This document shows positions 1 to 7,865 of a DNA stretch of 64,000 bases, piece after piece. The stretch lies in the IMG/VR virus record IMGVR_UViG_3300025093_000020. One strand, written 5' to 3'. The position numbers and the translations under genes are program-made. The DNA is from a virus. Under the pieces are notes generated by a model. That model saw nothing but the letters and a program-made list of their open reading frames with translations. It was not told where the DNA came from and searched no databases. Numbering within the stretch: the stretch's first letter is position 1; every line of letters begins with the position of its first letter.

Positions 1-190
1 CTGGTGCTGCTGGTGCTGCTGGTGCTGCTGGTGCTGCTGGTGCTGCTGGTGCTGCTGGTGCTGCTGGTGCTGCTGGTGCTGCTGGTGCTGCTGGTGCTGG
101 TGCTGCTGCTGGTGCTGCTGGTGCTGCTGGTGCTGCTGGTGCTGCTGGTGCTGCTGGTGCTGGTGCTGCTGCTGGTGCTGCTGCTGATCG
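1..190. repeat. Imperfect 9-bp tandem array (CTGGTGCTG)n, about 20 units, cut by the window edge
   Basis: Read directly. CTGGTGCTG repeats from nt 1 to about 190, with two local phase irregularities near 96-110 and 160-180. The period is a multiple of 3, so it may be coding. Plus frames give (LLV)n or (GAA)n ending at TAA 219-221; minus frames give (SST)n or (QQH)n. Coding status cannot be resolved from this window. Confidence 0.9.
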
Positions 191-251
191 GCGGCGCGGC
201 CGGTGCCAATTTCACTTTTAAGTTGACATTTGCTTGTGACGCGCGGATATC

Positions 252-270
252 TGTCACAGTAAACGTGACA
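252..270. promoter_or_regulatory. Dyad operator-like site TGTCAC-N7-GTGACA (core TCACAG-TAA-ACGTGA)
   Basis: Perfect 6+6 bp inverted repeat, 24 nt upstream of the ATG at 294. It belongs to the TCACGT-N3-ACGTGA family seen at other gene boundaries. Confidence 0.55.
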
Positions 271-293
271 ACCACGAATCAAGGGAATCTGAT

Positions 294-476
294 ATGATCA
301 ACCGGCTTTACATTCAGCGTGCCGCAAAAGGCCTGTTTTATCTGCGCGACTCAAATGGCGTTTGGGTCGGTCCCGGCCTTGGCGAATTCCGCTCGCCGCA
401 AGCGGCGCGGCAGTGGGCAAAGCGCCAACCCGCGTGGTGCGGGTATCGCGTGGCGCGCGAATTCTGGAAAGCGTGA
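294..476 (+). CDS. hypothetical small early protein (60 aa)
   Basis: ORF track. First of a same-strand series of tightly packed small ORFs. I recognise no domain. Confidence 0.4.
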   Translation: MINRLYIQRAAKGLFYLRDSNGVWVGPGLGEFRSPQAARQWAKRQPAWCGYRVAREFWKA

Positions 477-496
477 GTTTTGATTAGCGGCGCGGC

Positions 497-754
497 ATGG
501 AAAGCCTACCGTTAACCAACCTAAGAAGGATTACATCAATGAACACGCCAATTACTGACTTTGATGCAAGCGATTTTGACCCTAGGGCGGAGGCAATTGC
601 GCTTTCTGTATATGACGCGACTAGCGCAATTGGTGACGGCAGCGACGAGTCCCATTTGCTGAAATGTTTCGACGCTGTAGCGGCAACCTATGTGAAAGGA
701 ATGACCGCCGCAGAATGGAAAATTGCCGCATTGGCAGAATGCAAAACCGCCTGA
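497..754 (+). CDS. hypothetical small acidic protein (85 aa; an alternative ATG at 539 gives 71 aa)
   Basis: ORF track. The internal ATG at 539 is preceded by GAAGGA. No domain recognised. Confidence 0.4.
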   Translation: MESLPLTNLRRITSMNTPITDFDASDFDPRAEAIALSVYDATSAIGDGSDESHLLKCFDAVAATYVKGMTAAEWKIAALAECKTA

Positions 755-821
755 CTATCAATTTGTGGCGCGTTGCGGCGCGTCACTGGTGGAAAGTCAA
801 ATCAGCATAAGGAGTCCTATC

Positions 822-1091
822 GTGAAGGCATATTTGCAATTTGGTGGCGCGTTCTGCGGAAAAGCTGAGGGGCCGTTCCAGACAATTTCGGCAAATCTCA
901 AAACCACGGAGTCGCCTGTAAACCGCAACGTCACGGGATACGGCCGCCGCATTCCGACATGTTACATGGTGGAACACAATGGCAAATGGCGTCGCGTCTA
1001 TGCCTGCAGCTTTGGCAACTGGCCTACCCTTTACATCGGCACAAGCGCCGAGCCTATCGCAACTGTGAATATTACGGAGTCGAACACATGA
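822..1091 (+). CDS. hypothetical protein (89 aa, GTG start)
   Basis: In frame with track ORF 723..1091. The GTG at 822 is preceded by AAGGAGTCCT (809-818), the same RBS cassette used before the ATGs at 1296 and 1558. Confidence 0.5.
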   Translation: MKAYLQFGGAFCGKAEGPFQTISANLKTTESPVNRNVTGYGRRIPTCYMVEHNGKWRRVYACSFGNWPTLYIGTSAEPIATVNITESNT

Positions 1092-1294
1092 ATCCCAACA
1101 TGGAAACCATGCGCCGCGCTATTGCTGGCGACAATGAAGCATGCCGCGTAATGTATTTGGATTACGTAAACGACTTTCTCACAACGCGCCGCTTTGCCTC
1201 ATATTATGGCATTTGCGAAACCGCCGCGAAAGTCTTTCTCGAATCGTGGCGCGGGCATCATGAAGCGCATTGCGCACGGATCAAGGAGTCCTAA
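1088..1294 (+). CDS. hypothetical protein (68 aa)
   Basis: ATG at 1088 overlaps the upstream stop as ATGA, indicating translational coupling. In frame with track ORF 959..1294. Confidence 0.5.
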   Translation: MNPNMETMRRAIAGDNEACRVMYLDYVNDFLTTRRFASYYGICETAAKVFLESWRGHHEAHCARIKES

Positions 1295-1295
1295 A

Positions 1296-1556
1296 ATGTT
1301 TCTTTCGATTTACTGCAATCAAAGCGGCGATGAATACTTGCGGCGCCTATCGCCGACCGAAACGCTAGATCTGCAAAAGCATGTCATGCAATGGGCGGAA
1401 CGCGAAACAGATGGCCAAGCCGTGCCAAGTTTCAGCAAGCCGGGTTCCCATATCCCAAATGGTTGCGCTGACTATCAGGCGGAGATTCGTTATACTAAAG
1501 CGGCAAGCGGCTCTTGCTTCGCTTGTGAGCCTTTCTTTCTAAGCTGGGAGTCCTGA
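1296..1556 (+). CDS. hypothetical protein (86 aa)
   Basis: ATG preceded by AAGGAGTCCTAAA. In frame with track ORF 1194..1556. Confidence 0.5.
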   Translation: MFLSIYCNQSGDEYLRRLSPTETLDLQKHVMQWAERETDGQAVPSFSKPGSHIPNGCADYQAEIRYTKAASGSCFACEPFFLSWES

Positions 1557-1557
1557 A

Positions 1558-1866
1558 ATGACACAGAAAATTGCGTATTATCATCTCATGGCAGGATTGC
1601 CGGGTTGCATGCCAGACTCTCACAACTTTTTTGCGTGGTCGACTCGTCGCGATATGGCGCGCGGCATCAACTATGAATTGGATAATTTCGGCTTTCCAAT
1701 GCGCGCGCGGCGGCAAATAAATCTGGTAGAAGCTTGGCGCTATATCCAAAGCGGCGGAGCTCGCGGGCATTTCATTCTGCGCGACATACATCAAGCTAAC
1801 CAACTCGAATTTGTCCAGATAGACGCGGCCGCATATCATGCCGCCATGAAAGAGGAGTGTTTTTAA
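1558..1866 (+). CDS. hypothetical protein (102 aa)
   Basis: ATG preceded by GGGAGTCCTGAA. From the ORF track. Confidence 0.5.
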   Translation: MTQKIAYYHLMAGLPGCMPDSHNFFAWSTRRDMARGINYELDNFGFPMRARRQINLVEAWRYIQSGGARGHFILRDIHQANQLEFVQIDAAAYHAAMKEECF

Positions 1867-2084
1867 TGGAAAGCGCTTTCCATGTGATGCGCGCGGCGCT
1901 GCTGCGTTGTGCAGAAAATGCATTGTATGCAGAAACTGATCTAGGCGAGCACAAGCCTTGTCCAGACTATGTACAGCATATGCGCGAAACAATTCTCGCC
2001 ATCATGGCGGCACAATCAATCGACCAGCTTGCGGCCGTGCCATGGGTTGCAGGGCAAGCAGCCCTAGGTGCCGAATTGATCTGA
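1866..2084 (+). CDS. hypothetical protein (72 aa)
   Basis: ATG at 1866 is preceded by AGAGGAG. In frame with track ORF 1857..2084. Followed by a terminator hairpin. Confidence 0.45.
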   Translation: MESAFHVMRAALLRCAENALYAETDLGEHKPCPDYVQHMRETILAIMAAQSIDQLAAVPWVAGQAALGAELI

Positions 2085-2108
2085 ACCAACTGACAACGCG
2101 ATTGACGC

Positions 2109-2138
2109 AACCCGCCCTAGTGGCGGGTTTTGTCGTTT
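2109..2138 (+). terminator. Rho-independent terminator candidate
   Basis: AACCCGCC-ctagt-GGCGGGTT stem-loop followed by TTTGTCGTTT, 25 nt after the stop at 2084. Confidence 0.65.
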
Positions 2139-2172
2139 CTAGGGCTGCCCTGCTGGTGCCGCCCTCGGCGAG

Positions 2173-2252
2173 CTGCTGACCTGCTGCCCTGCTGACCTGC
2201 TGCCCTGCTGCCCTGCTGCCCTGCTGCCCTGCTGACCTGCTGCCCTGGTGCA
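2173..2252. repeat. 8-bp tandem array, about 10 units (CTGCTGCC / CTGCTGAC)
   Basis: Read directly. Units run at 2173, 2181, 2189 and so on to 2245. The period is not a multiple of 3, so it is very unlikely to be coding. Confidence 0.9.
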
Positions 2253-2434
2253 AGCCTCATGTCGTGTTCGGTCTAATCAATCCCGCCTCATGAGACGCGG
2301 TCGATTGTGGCGCGTTGGGTTGTGGTCACACGCTGGCTTTGGGTCCTTCTTGGGCGGGGTGACGGTGGGGCGGGGACGCAGAACCCCGAAAGATGCGCTG
2401 ATTCAAATTTTGCACAGTGAAACAGGCCTAATGT

Positions 2435-3044
2435 CGTTCGATTTCAACGATTTACGCTGTGTTTCCGCGCCGCCGAGACGAATGCAACGTTATATCATAA
2501 CATATCGCGTCAAATGTGAAATTTCGGCTGTTTTCAGGTGCTGCCTGATATTTAGGCGGTTCTTGCTGACCCGGGCTCTTGCTTCGGTTTTGCCTAACTC
2601 AAGGCCGATCAGGCTTAGGTTACAGGGGTTCGATTTAAATCCACTCGCGGCAGCGAAACAGCCCTAGTTCGATTTAAATCCACTCAGATGGCCTGACCAC
2701 CTTGGATTTTAGGGTGGTCAGGCTAGGGTGGTCAGAATTTCCAAGTAAAACCATACTGTTACCACCTTGACCACCTTGACCACCCTAATTGTTAAGGACT
2801 CTGTAGAGAGGGGGAATGGGTGAAGGGGTAATTTCACTCGCAATGTGCCAAATGACCCCGCTGTGGGTCCATCTAGAGTCGGGTGGTCAGGGTGGTAAAG
2901 GTGGTCAAGGGTGGTCAAAAAGGGTGGTCGTTCGATTGTAGCTCACTGAGGCGTTCGATTTAAATCGCGTTGGATTATAAACGAACGAGGGCGCCGAAGC
3001 GCCCAGGTTGGATTTAAATCGCGTTGGATTTTAATCGTTCGATT
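2435..3044. other. Putative origin of replication (iterons plus AT-palindromes)
   Basis: At least 11 copies of GGTGGTCA/TGACCACC: 2694-2701, 2713-2720, 2727-2734, three copies in 2760-2784, and five copies in 2882-2930. They form opposed clusters flanking a unique core. Six copies of GTTCGATT start at 2435, 2628, 2667, 2930, 2953 and 3037. Four copies of the AT-only palindrome ATTTAAAT lie at 2633, 2672, 2958 and 3012. The region sits immediately downstream of the primase-helicase gene and contains no credible CDS. Confidence 0.55.
2989..3004 (-). terminator. Terminator candidate for the primase operon
   Basis: GGGCGC-cgaa-GCGCCC hairpin 27 nt past the primase stop. On the minus strand it is followed by TCGTTCGTTTAT. 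Confidence 0.45.
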
Positions 3045-5577
3045 GTGGTCGAACGTAGACCCGAGTTGCCCCGTAGCGCTTGTTGACCTCGTAGGTTCGG
3101 ACCTTGTTTTCGGTCCTCTTCCAGCCGAGAATCTGCATGGCGCGGCCGATCTTCATCGCCTCAATATTGGGCATCTGACCCGGGCGCCCACCCATGACTT
3201 CTTCCCAGATCTGGGCGGTGCATGTTTCGTTCCGCACGACGCGAGTGCTCTCTTCCAGGTCTTCGAAGTCGTCGCCGACATGGCTGTCGAGCCAGACCTC
3301 GATCTTGCCTGCCAGCACGTCTTCCGGCGTCTCCACGCGCCGGCTTTCCTGGATGCTGGCAGCCTCGATCTGCGCGGCCTCGTCGGTCAGGTGCAGCGGC
3401 AGGTCGCCGTTGTGGCGGCGGCGCATCTCCCGGTAAAGGTGGAGGGCTTCCGCCCAGACCTGCAGCACCTCACCGGCCAGCCGCCGGTTGTCGATCTGCC
3501 CTTCCAGGTTGCACTTGATCGGCCAGAAGCGGCGGTTGCCGGTCTGGTCGCGCAGGTACTCGTCATCGTTGGTGGAGCCGAAGAAGATGCACTGCCGCGG
3601 GAACACCTGAACGCGCTTGGCATAGGCCAGACGCCCCTTGTCGTGGGTCCGGGTGACGAACGCCTTGAGGTCGTTGACCTCGGAGCGGTGCATGGTGCTC
3701 AGTTCCCCGAGTTCGAGGATCCACGAGCCCTGCATCACCTCGATCATCTGCTTGGTGTCTTTGATGTCGCCGGTCAGCTCGTCATACCAGTGGAGGGCCA
3801 GCACCTTGATGAAGGTCGACTTCCCCTTACCCTGCACGCCTTCGAGGATCGGCACGAAGTCGAACTTGTGCCCGGGCTCCATGATGCGGGTGACGGCGCC
3901 GACGAGCGTCAGCAGCGAGGCCTGGCGATGGTAGGGGGTATCCTCGCAGCCCAGGTATTCGATAAACAGCCGCTCGCAGCGCGGAATGCCGTCCCACGGC
4001 TGAGCCATGATGGTATCGCGCACCGGGTGGAATGAATGGGTCTGCGCGGCCGAGTCCACCGCGGCTTTCAAATCTCGATCGCTGATCTTGATACCATAGC
4101 CGCCAGCGGTCATCGGAGCTTCAAACATGATCCGCACGGCAATGTCATGACTGTCTGACCAGGCGTCACCATTGGTCGGGTCACCCAATTCCCAGAGGCG
4201 TCCCGTGAGATTGACCACCTCTTTCGCGTTCGAGTGCTCTTTCTTCTTCGCGCGGCCGGGGCGGCGCTTCAGCACCACCATCTGCGTGAATTCGTTGAAC
4301 GCTGCCGTTCCGTAGGTGCGCAGATCGTTCTTGAAGATGGTGGAGATGTTGTAGGATTGACTTTTAAGCTCACCTTCTTCGTTTCTTGCAAGCAAAACGT
4401 GAAAGTCTGAATTGCGTTGGATCGTCGGTTCAGAGCTGATGACCGGCAGCGTGATATTGGGCGTGTCCTCGGCTGTGATTGCTGCTGCGATCGCGTTCGA
4501 AGTCGGGCCGAGCAAATCATCGAAGGATACTTGTTTCACCGCTGCCGCGGTTGCGCCGAGGATGTCGTTCAGATTGTCGAAGCCGTCATAGTCATCCGCT
4601 TCAAGGGCGATTTCCTCTTTCAAGCGATGATCGAGGGCCGCGCGCCGCACAGTGAGAATGGTGATAGGATTGATGGAGTCTGCGCGGATGGACTTCCAGA
4701 TATAAGCTGCGTTCTCTTCGTCGTATTTCTTGGACTGCTCTGCCCATTCACACCAGATCGTGAAACCCTGATCGCTGCCACGGTATTGGTGATGCAGGGC
4801 CTGACCAACCGTCAGCCAAAGCGCGCGATCTTCGACCCATTCTTCTGGGAGATCATCGAGAAACGTAACGATCTCGTCATCATCGAAATCCTTTGGTTCC
4901 AGCGCGAGAATGGTTTCGAGGTCTTCTGGATCCAGTGCGCCGCGGCCTTCCTTTATCCTAACGCCATTCTCAATCAGCGCTTCCGCTGAGACGGTCATCA
5001 GGTAAGGCATGCTCAGTTCTAGCGGGCGCTCCCAAACATACGGTTCTCCGGTATCCGGGTGGATCGATGGCGGAAGGACGATATTCTTTCCGGTTCCACC
5101 GATGTCGATTTCCCAGTAACTCTTCTTCACCTCACGATTGAGCTTCGCGTCAAAAACCATGTCGAAGCCCGCAGAACGCGCGAGCTTTCGGCTTCCAAAG
5201 GGCTTCTCGCTCAGGAAATAAAGATGGCGGCTTTCGCCGCCTGATCCGCTGATGACGGAGGGTAGGGTTCTGGCGGTTGGTGCGATCTGCAGCAGCGTTT
5301 CCCAGGCCTCGTCCGCGAATTCAGTCCTGCGAATGTCGAGATCGATGACGTGGAGATAGAGGTTGCCGACCTTGGACCAGACACCAGGTCGAAAGCCTAT
5401 GTTGTATCCGGGGCGGTATTTGGAGAGCAGGAGCGCTTCATCATAGCGCTCGACCGTGCTCCAGTTCTTCTCGACTGGTCGTTTATTGCGGGTATTGAGC
5501 CAATGCAGCGATACACTCGCCCGCAAGAGCGGACGAACAGAATCCAGCACGCTTTGCAGCGATGGTGTCTCGGTCAT
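3031..5577 (-). CDS. Bifunctional primase-polymerase / VirE-D5-type helicase (848 aa)
   Basis: N-terminal AEP/Prim-Pol signatures: LHVIDLD, GGESRHLYF, PPSIHP. Central PriCT-like segment: WLTVGQALHH...WCEWA. C-terminal P-loop GVQGKGKST with ILELGE. Confidence 0.85.
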   Translation of the reverse strand: MTETPSLQSVLDSVRPLLRASVSLHWLNTRNKRPVEKNWSTVERYDEALLLSKYRPGYNIGFRPGVWSKVGNLYLHVIDLDIRRTEFADEAWETLLQIAPTARTLPSVISGSGGESRHLYFLSEKPFGSRKLARSAGFDMVFDAKLNREVKKSYWEIDIGGTGKNIVLPPSIHPDTGEPYVWERPLELSMPYLMTVSAEALIENGVRIKEGRGALDPEDLETILALEPKDFDDDEIVTFLDDLPEEWVEDRALWLTVGQALHHQYRGSDQGFTIWCEWAEQSKKYDEENAAYIWKSIRADSINPITILTVRRAALDHRLKEEIALEADDYDGFDNLNDILGATAAAVKQVSFDDLLGPTSNAIAAAITAEDTPNITLPVISSEPTIQRNSDFHVLLARNEEGELKSQSYNISTIFKNDLRTYGTAAFNEFTQMVVLKRRPGRAKKKEHSNAKEVVNLTGRLWELGDPTNGDAWSDSHDIAVRIMFEAPMTAGGYGIKISDRDLKAAVDSAAQTHSFHPVRDTIMAQPWDGIPRCERLFIEYLGCEDTPYHRQASLLTLVGAVTRIMEPGHKFDFVPILEGVQGKGKSTFIKVLALHWYDELTGDIKDTKQMIEVMQGSWILELGELSTMHRSEVNDLKAFVTRTHDKGRLAYAKRVQVFPRQCIFFGSTNDDEYLRDQTGNRRFWPIKCNLEGQIDNRRLAGEVLQVWAEALHLYREMRRRHNGDLPLHLTDEAAQIEAASIQESRRVETPEDVLAGKIEVWLDSHVGDDFEDLEESTRVVRNETCTAQIWEEVMGGRPGQMPNIEAMKIGRAMQILGWKRTENKVRTYEVNKRYGATRVYVRPQSND

Positions 5578-5592
5578 GATGCTGCTCCGGAA

Positions 5593-5955
5593 TCAGAGCG
5601 AGACGGTGTGCGGCAGCAGGTCTTCGCGGGTAAGTTTTCCGCAAGTCACGGCCTTTCCTTCGACTTTGACTTTTTTCGATAGATCCAGCAGCTTGTTCGC
5701 AGTTTTCACGGACATCCGCGCTTCAGGGTCCATCCATCGGTAGATGGTGTAGTGATGGACGCCCAGTTCGGCGGCAAGCACGCGGACCTGCACTTTGTCA
5801 CCGTCAACGAATCGCGGCGGCAGTTTCTTGGCCAGCGTCTTGTAGAGCGTTGTTTCATAGATGTTTTTCTCCGCGTTTTTCTTACGCGGTCGGCCCGTTC
5901 GGGTGGTTTTCGCGAGCGTGTTCATAGGCGTGTCCCGGAGCAGTTCAGGGTTCAT
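5593..5955 (-). CDS. HTH DNA-binding protein (120 aa), candidate early regulator
   Basis: The helix-turn-helix-like segment VRVLAAELGVHHYTIYRWM. It is the first gene of the leftward primase operon and is adjacent to the divergent operator region. Confidence 0.6.
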   Translation of the reverse strand: MNPELLRDTPMNTLAKTTRTGRPRKKNAEKNIYETTLYKTLAKKLPPRFVDGDKVQVRVLAAELGVHHYTIYRWMDPEARMSVKTANKLLDLSKKVKVEGKAVTCGKLTREDLLPHTVSL

Positions 5956-5990
5956 CGGTACTACGCGGCGGCGGAAGAATCAATTTGAAT

Positions 5991-6034
5991 GTGACACTCA
6001 CGTTCAAGGTTGCGGTGTCACGTTTAGTGTGATT
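5991..6034. promoter_or_regulatory. Divergent control region with operator-like dyads
   Basis: GTGACAC (5991-5997) and GTGTCAC (6015-6021) form an inverted repeat. A TCACGT half-site lies at 5998-6003. A full site TCACGT-TTA-GTGTGA lies at 6018-6032. The region sits between the divergent starts at 5955 (-) and 6081 (+). Confidence 0.55.
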
Positions 6035-6080
6035 ATCTCAAGGACGTTGTCAGAATCAAACAGCCGTATGGGAGACACCA

Positions 6081-6560
6081 ATGGCGCTCGAAGACGAAAT
6101 CAAATCCCTCAAGGAAACCGTGGCGCAACTGGTCGATGTGACCAAGGAACTGCTGGCCGTGCGCACCGAGGCAGTCGAAACCGTTCGCACCGCTGCCGCG
6201 CCGAAGGCCACTGGCGCCAAAGCGACGGCGACGGCGGCTGCGGAGACCAAGCCCGCGGCATCCAGCGCCGACGCCAGTACGATCAGTGTCGAGGTTGGCG
6301 AGAAGATGTCGGCAGCCATCGCCGGTTACATCGCCGGCGCGACCCGTGACGAAGAGCGCGCCGCGCGCAAAGACAAGATCAAGGCGCTGCTCCGTCACGA
6401 TCAGATCGTGCGTCCGGAATTCAAGGCCGTCACCGAGACCTATGACGCACTGCAGGTCAAGCCCGAGGCAGTTCAGCTCTTCTTCGATCAGATCGGGTTG
6501 CTGGTGCAACAGGGTGATCTGACCCAGCCCGCGGCTGCCAGCACGGCGCTGAATTTCTGA
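6081..6560 (+). CDS. hypothetical protein (159 aa), coiled-coil N-terminus and Ala/Thr-rich linker
   Basis: ORF track. First gene of the rightward operon. Confidence 0.55.
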   Translation: MALEDEIKSLKETVAQLVDVTKELLAVRTEAVETVRTAAAPKATGAKATATAAAETKPAASSADASTISVEVGEKMSAAIAGYIAGATRDEERAARKDKIKALLRHDQIVRPEFKAVTETYDALQVKPEAVQLFFDQIGLLVQQGDLTQPAAASTALNF

Positions 6561-6901
6561 TGGCGAGCCCCAAGACCATCCGCGAACGGCTGCGCGTCGA
6601 AAAGATCGCAGCCGAGGTGCAGGCGGAATGCGAGGCCCGCTATGCCAAGACGCATCCTTCCCTGCCGCGCACTTCCCGGCGGCACATCGCCGGGACAAAG
6701 GGTCTGCCGTTCAGCCGTTGCAAGCTGATCGACACCACCCCCGCGCAGCCGGGTAAACCGGCTGTCTTTCACCTGAAGCACCCGACACGCGGCACTGGCG
6801 GCGTGTTCACCAAGACCGCGACTCCGCAATTGCTGCGGACCTTCTTTCCATCGCTGCCGGATAACCTGGCCGCCTTCATGCTGGGACGCACACATGGGTA
6901 A
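6560..6901 (+). CDS. hypothetical protein (113 aa)
   Basis: ATG overlaps the upstream stop as TGATG. From the ORF track. Confidence 0.45.
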   Translation: MASPKTIRERLRVEKIAAEVQAECEARYAKTHPSLPRTSRRHIAGTKGLPFSRCKLIDTTPAQPGKPAVFHLKHPTRGTGGVFTKTATPQLLRTFFPSLPDNLAAFMLGRTHG

Positions 6902-7121
6902 CATCCTCCCCGCCGACGCCATCGGATTCGACGCCAAGGTTCGCATCAAGATCTCCGGCGAAACCGGGACCGTGGTCGCGATGAGCGTGGATAAGCGTCT
7001 CACCGAGGGCCAGTACCTGCTGGAATACAAGACCGCCGATGGCCGCGCTTCCGAGAAGTGGTTCTTCGAAAGTCAGATCGAGGTTGTCGGAGCCGAACTT
7101 CCCCCGCCCAGCGACGACTGA
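6894..7121 (+). CDS. hypothetical protein (75 aa)
   Basis: ORF track. Overlaps the upstream gene end by 8 nt. Confidence 0.45.
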   Translation: MGNILPADAIGFDAKVRIKISGETGTVVAMSVDKRLTEGQYLLEYKTADGRASEKWFFESQIEVVGAELPPPSDD

Positions 7122-7128
7122 CGGATTT

Positions 7129-7159
7129 CCCCGCGCTTCCCAGCGCGGGGTTCTCCCTT
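7129..7159 (+). terminator. Rho-independent terminator or attenuator candidate
   Basis: CCCCGCGC-ttccca-GCGCGGGG followed by TTCTCCCTT. Confidence 0.55.
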
Positions 7160-7215
7160 GAGCCGTCCGTTGGACGGTTGAAGCGAGAAATTCGCAGCAG
7201 AAGGAGACCCATGCG

Positions 7216-7695
7216 ATGACCGACTCGAAAGACCCGAGACCGCTGTCCAAGACGACAGCCAAGCCGGAAGCGGCTGCAGCACCGAAACCGGAGGTGGCAA
7301 AGCCCGCTGCTGAGCCCAAGGCCGCGCCCGAGAAGCCCGCTGCTCAACCCAAGGAGGCGCAGGGCACCCTTGATCTGGGTTTCAGCCTGGAAGGTCTGAA
7401 CATCCAGCAGCTCGCGCAGCTTCAGGCTGACGCGGCAGTTCGTTTTGCAGAGGCCAAAAAGGCAGCGCTGGTCGATGCGCGGCGGGCCGTCGAGAAACTG
7501 GCGTCCGACTGGGGGTTCAGCATGCTCGAACTGGGCTTCCAGCCGGTCAAGTCGAAGTCCAAGGCGCCGATCGGGGCACCGAAGTACCGGAACCCCGCCG
7601 ATCCCGCTCAGACCTGGACCGGCACCGGGCGCAAGCCGCAGTGGATCCTCGACGCGCTGGAGAAGGGCGTCGACATCGAGACCATGAAGATCTGA
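7216..7695 (+). CDS. H-NS family nucleoid-associated protein (159 aa)
   Basis: The C-terminal motif YRNPADPAQTWTGTGRKPQWI matches the H-NS DNA-binding signature (TWxGxGRxPxW). Upstream of it are a coiled-coil and a Pro/Ala/Lys-rich N-terminus. RBS AAGGAG at 7201. Confidence 0.75.
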   Translation: MTDSKDPRPLSKTTAKPEAAAAPKPEVAKPAAEPKAAPEKPAAQPKEAQGTLDLGFSLEGLNIQQLAQLQADAAVRFAEAKKAALVDARRAVEKLASDWGFSMLELGFQPVKSKSKAPIGAPKYRNPADPAQTWTGTGRKPQWILDALEKGVDIETMKI

Positions 7696-7865
7696 TGGCC
7701 GTTCAGGTTGTGCTGCCGGATGAACGGTTGGCAACCTGCTCCTGCGGGGTGCAAGTCAGATTCCGCCCCGCAGACATCGACCTCTTTCACAACACCACTG
7801 CCGGGGTGAAAGAGGTCGATGAGTTCGTAACGTGCCCCTGTTGCGGAAAGAAGATCTTCGTCTGA
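7695..7865 (+). CDS. small zinc-ribbon protein (56 aa)
   Basis: Cys pairs CSCG...CPCCG. ATGA overlap with the H-NS-like gene stop. Confidence 0.5.
   Translation: MAVQVVLPDERLATCSCGVQVRFRPADIDLFHNTTAGVKEVDEFVTCPCCGKKIFV

Noticed and set aside
4-297. Track ORF encoding poly-(LLV), 97 aa
   Set aside because: It is simply one reading frame of the 9-bp tandem array. A Leu/Val homopolymer-like protein with no RBS is implausible. I report the DNA repeat instead and leave the coding frame open.
1-2252. Possibility that the tandem arrays are CRISPR arrays
   Set aside because: The units are 8-9 bp with no unique spacers between them. There are no cas genes (the Cas4-like nuclease sits in a replication module) and no repeats of 24-40 bp.
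2248-2667. 139-aa ORF (and the antisense ORF 2002..2253) across the repeat/origin region
   Set aside because: They run through the 8-bp tandem array and the GTTCGATT/ATTTAAAT repeats, with no RBS and odd composition. This is more consistent with non-coding origin-flanking DNA.
2620-2690. tRNA-like T-arm resemblance (GGGGTTCGATTTAAATCC)
   Set aside because: No complementary T-stem, acceptor stem or anticodon arm can be drawn. The same GTTCGATTTAAATC string recurs four times as a repeat unit, so it is an origin repeat and not a tRNA.
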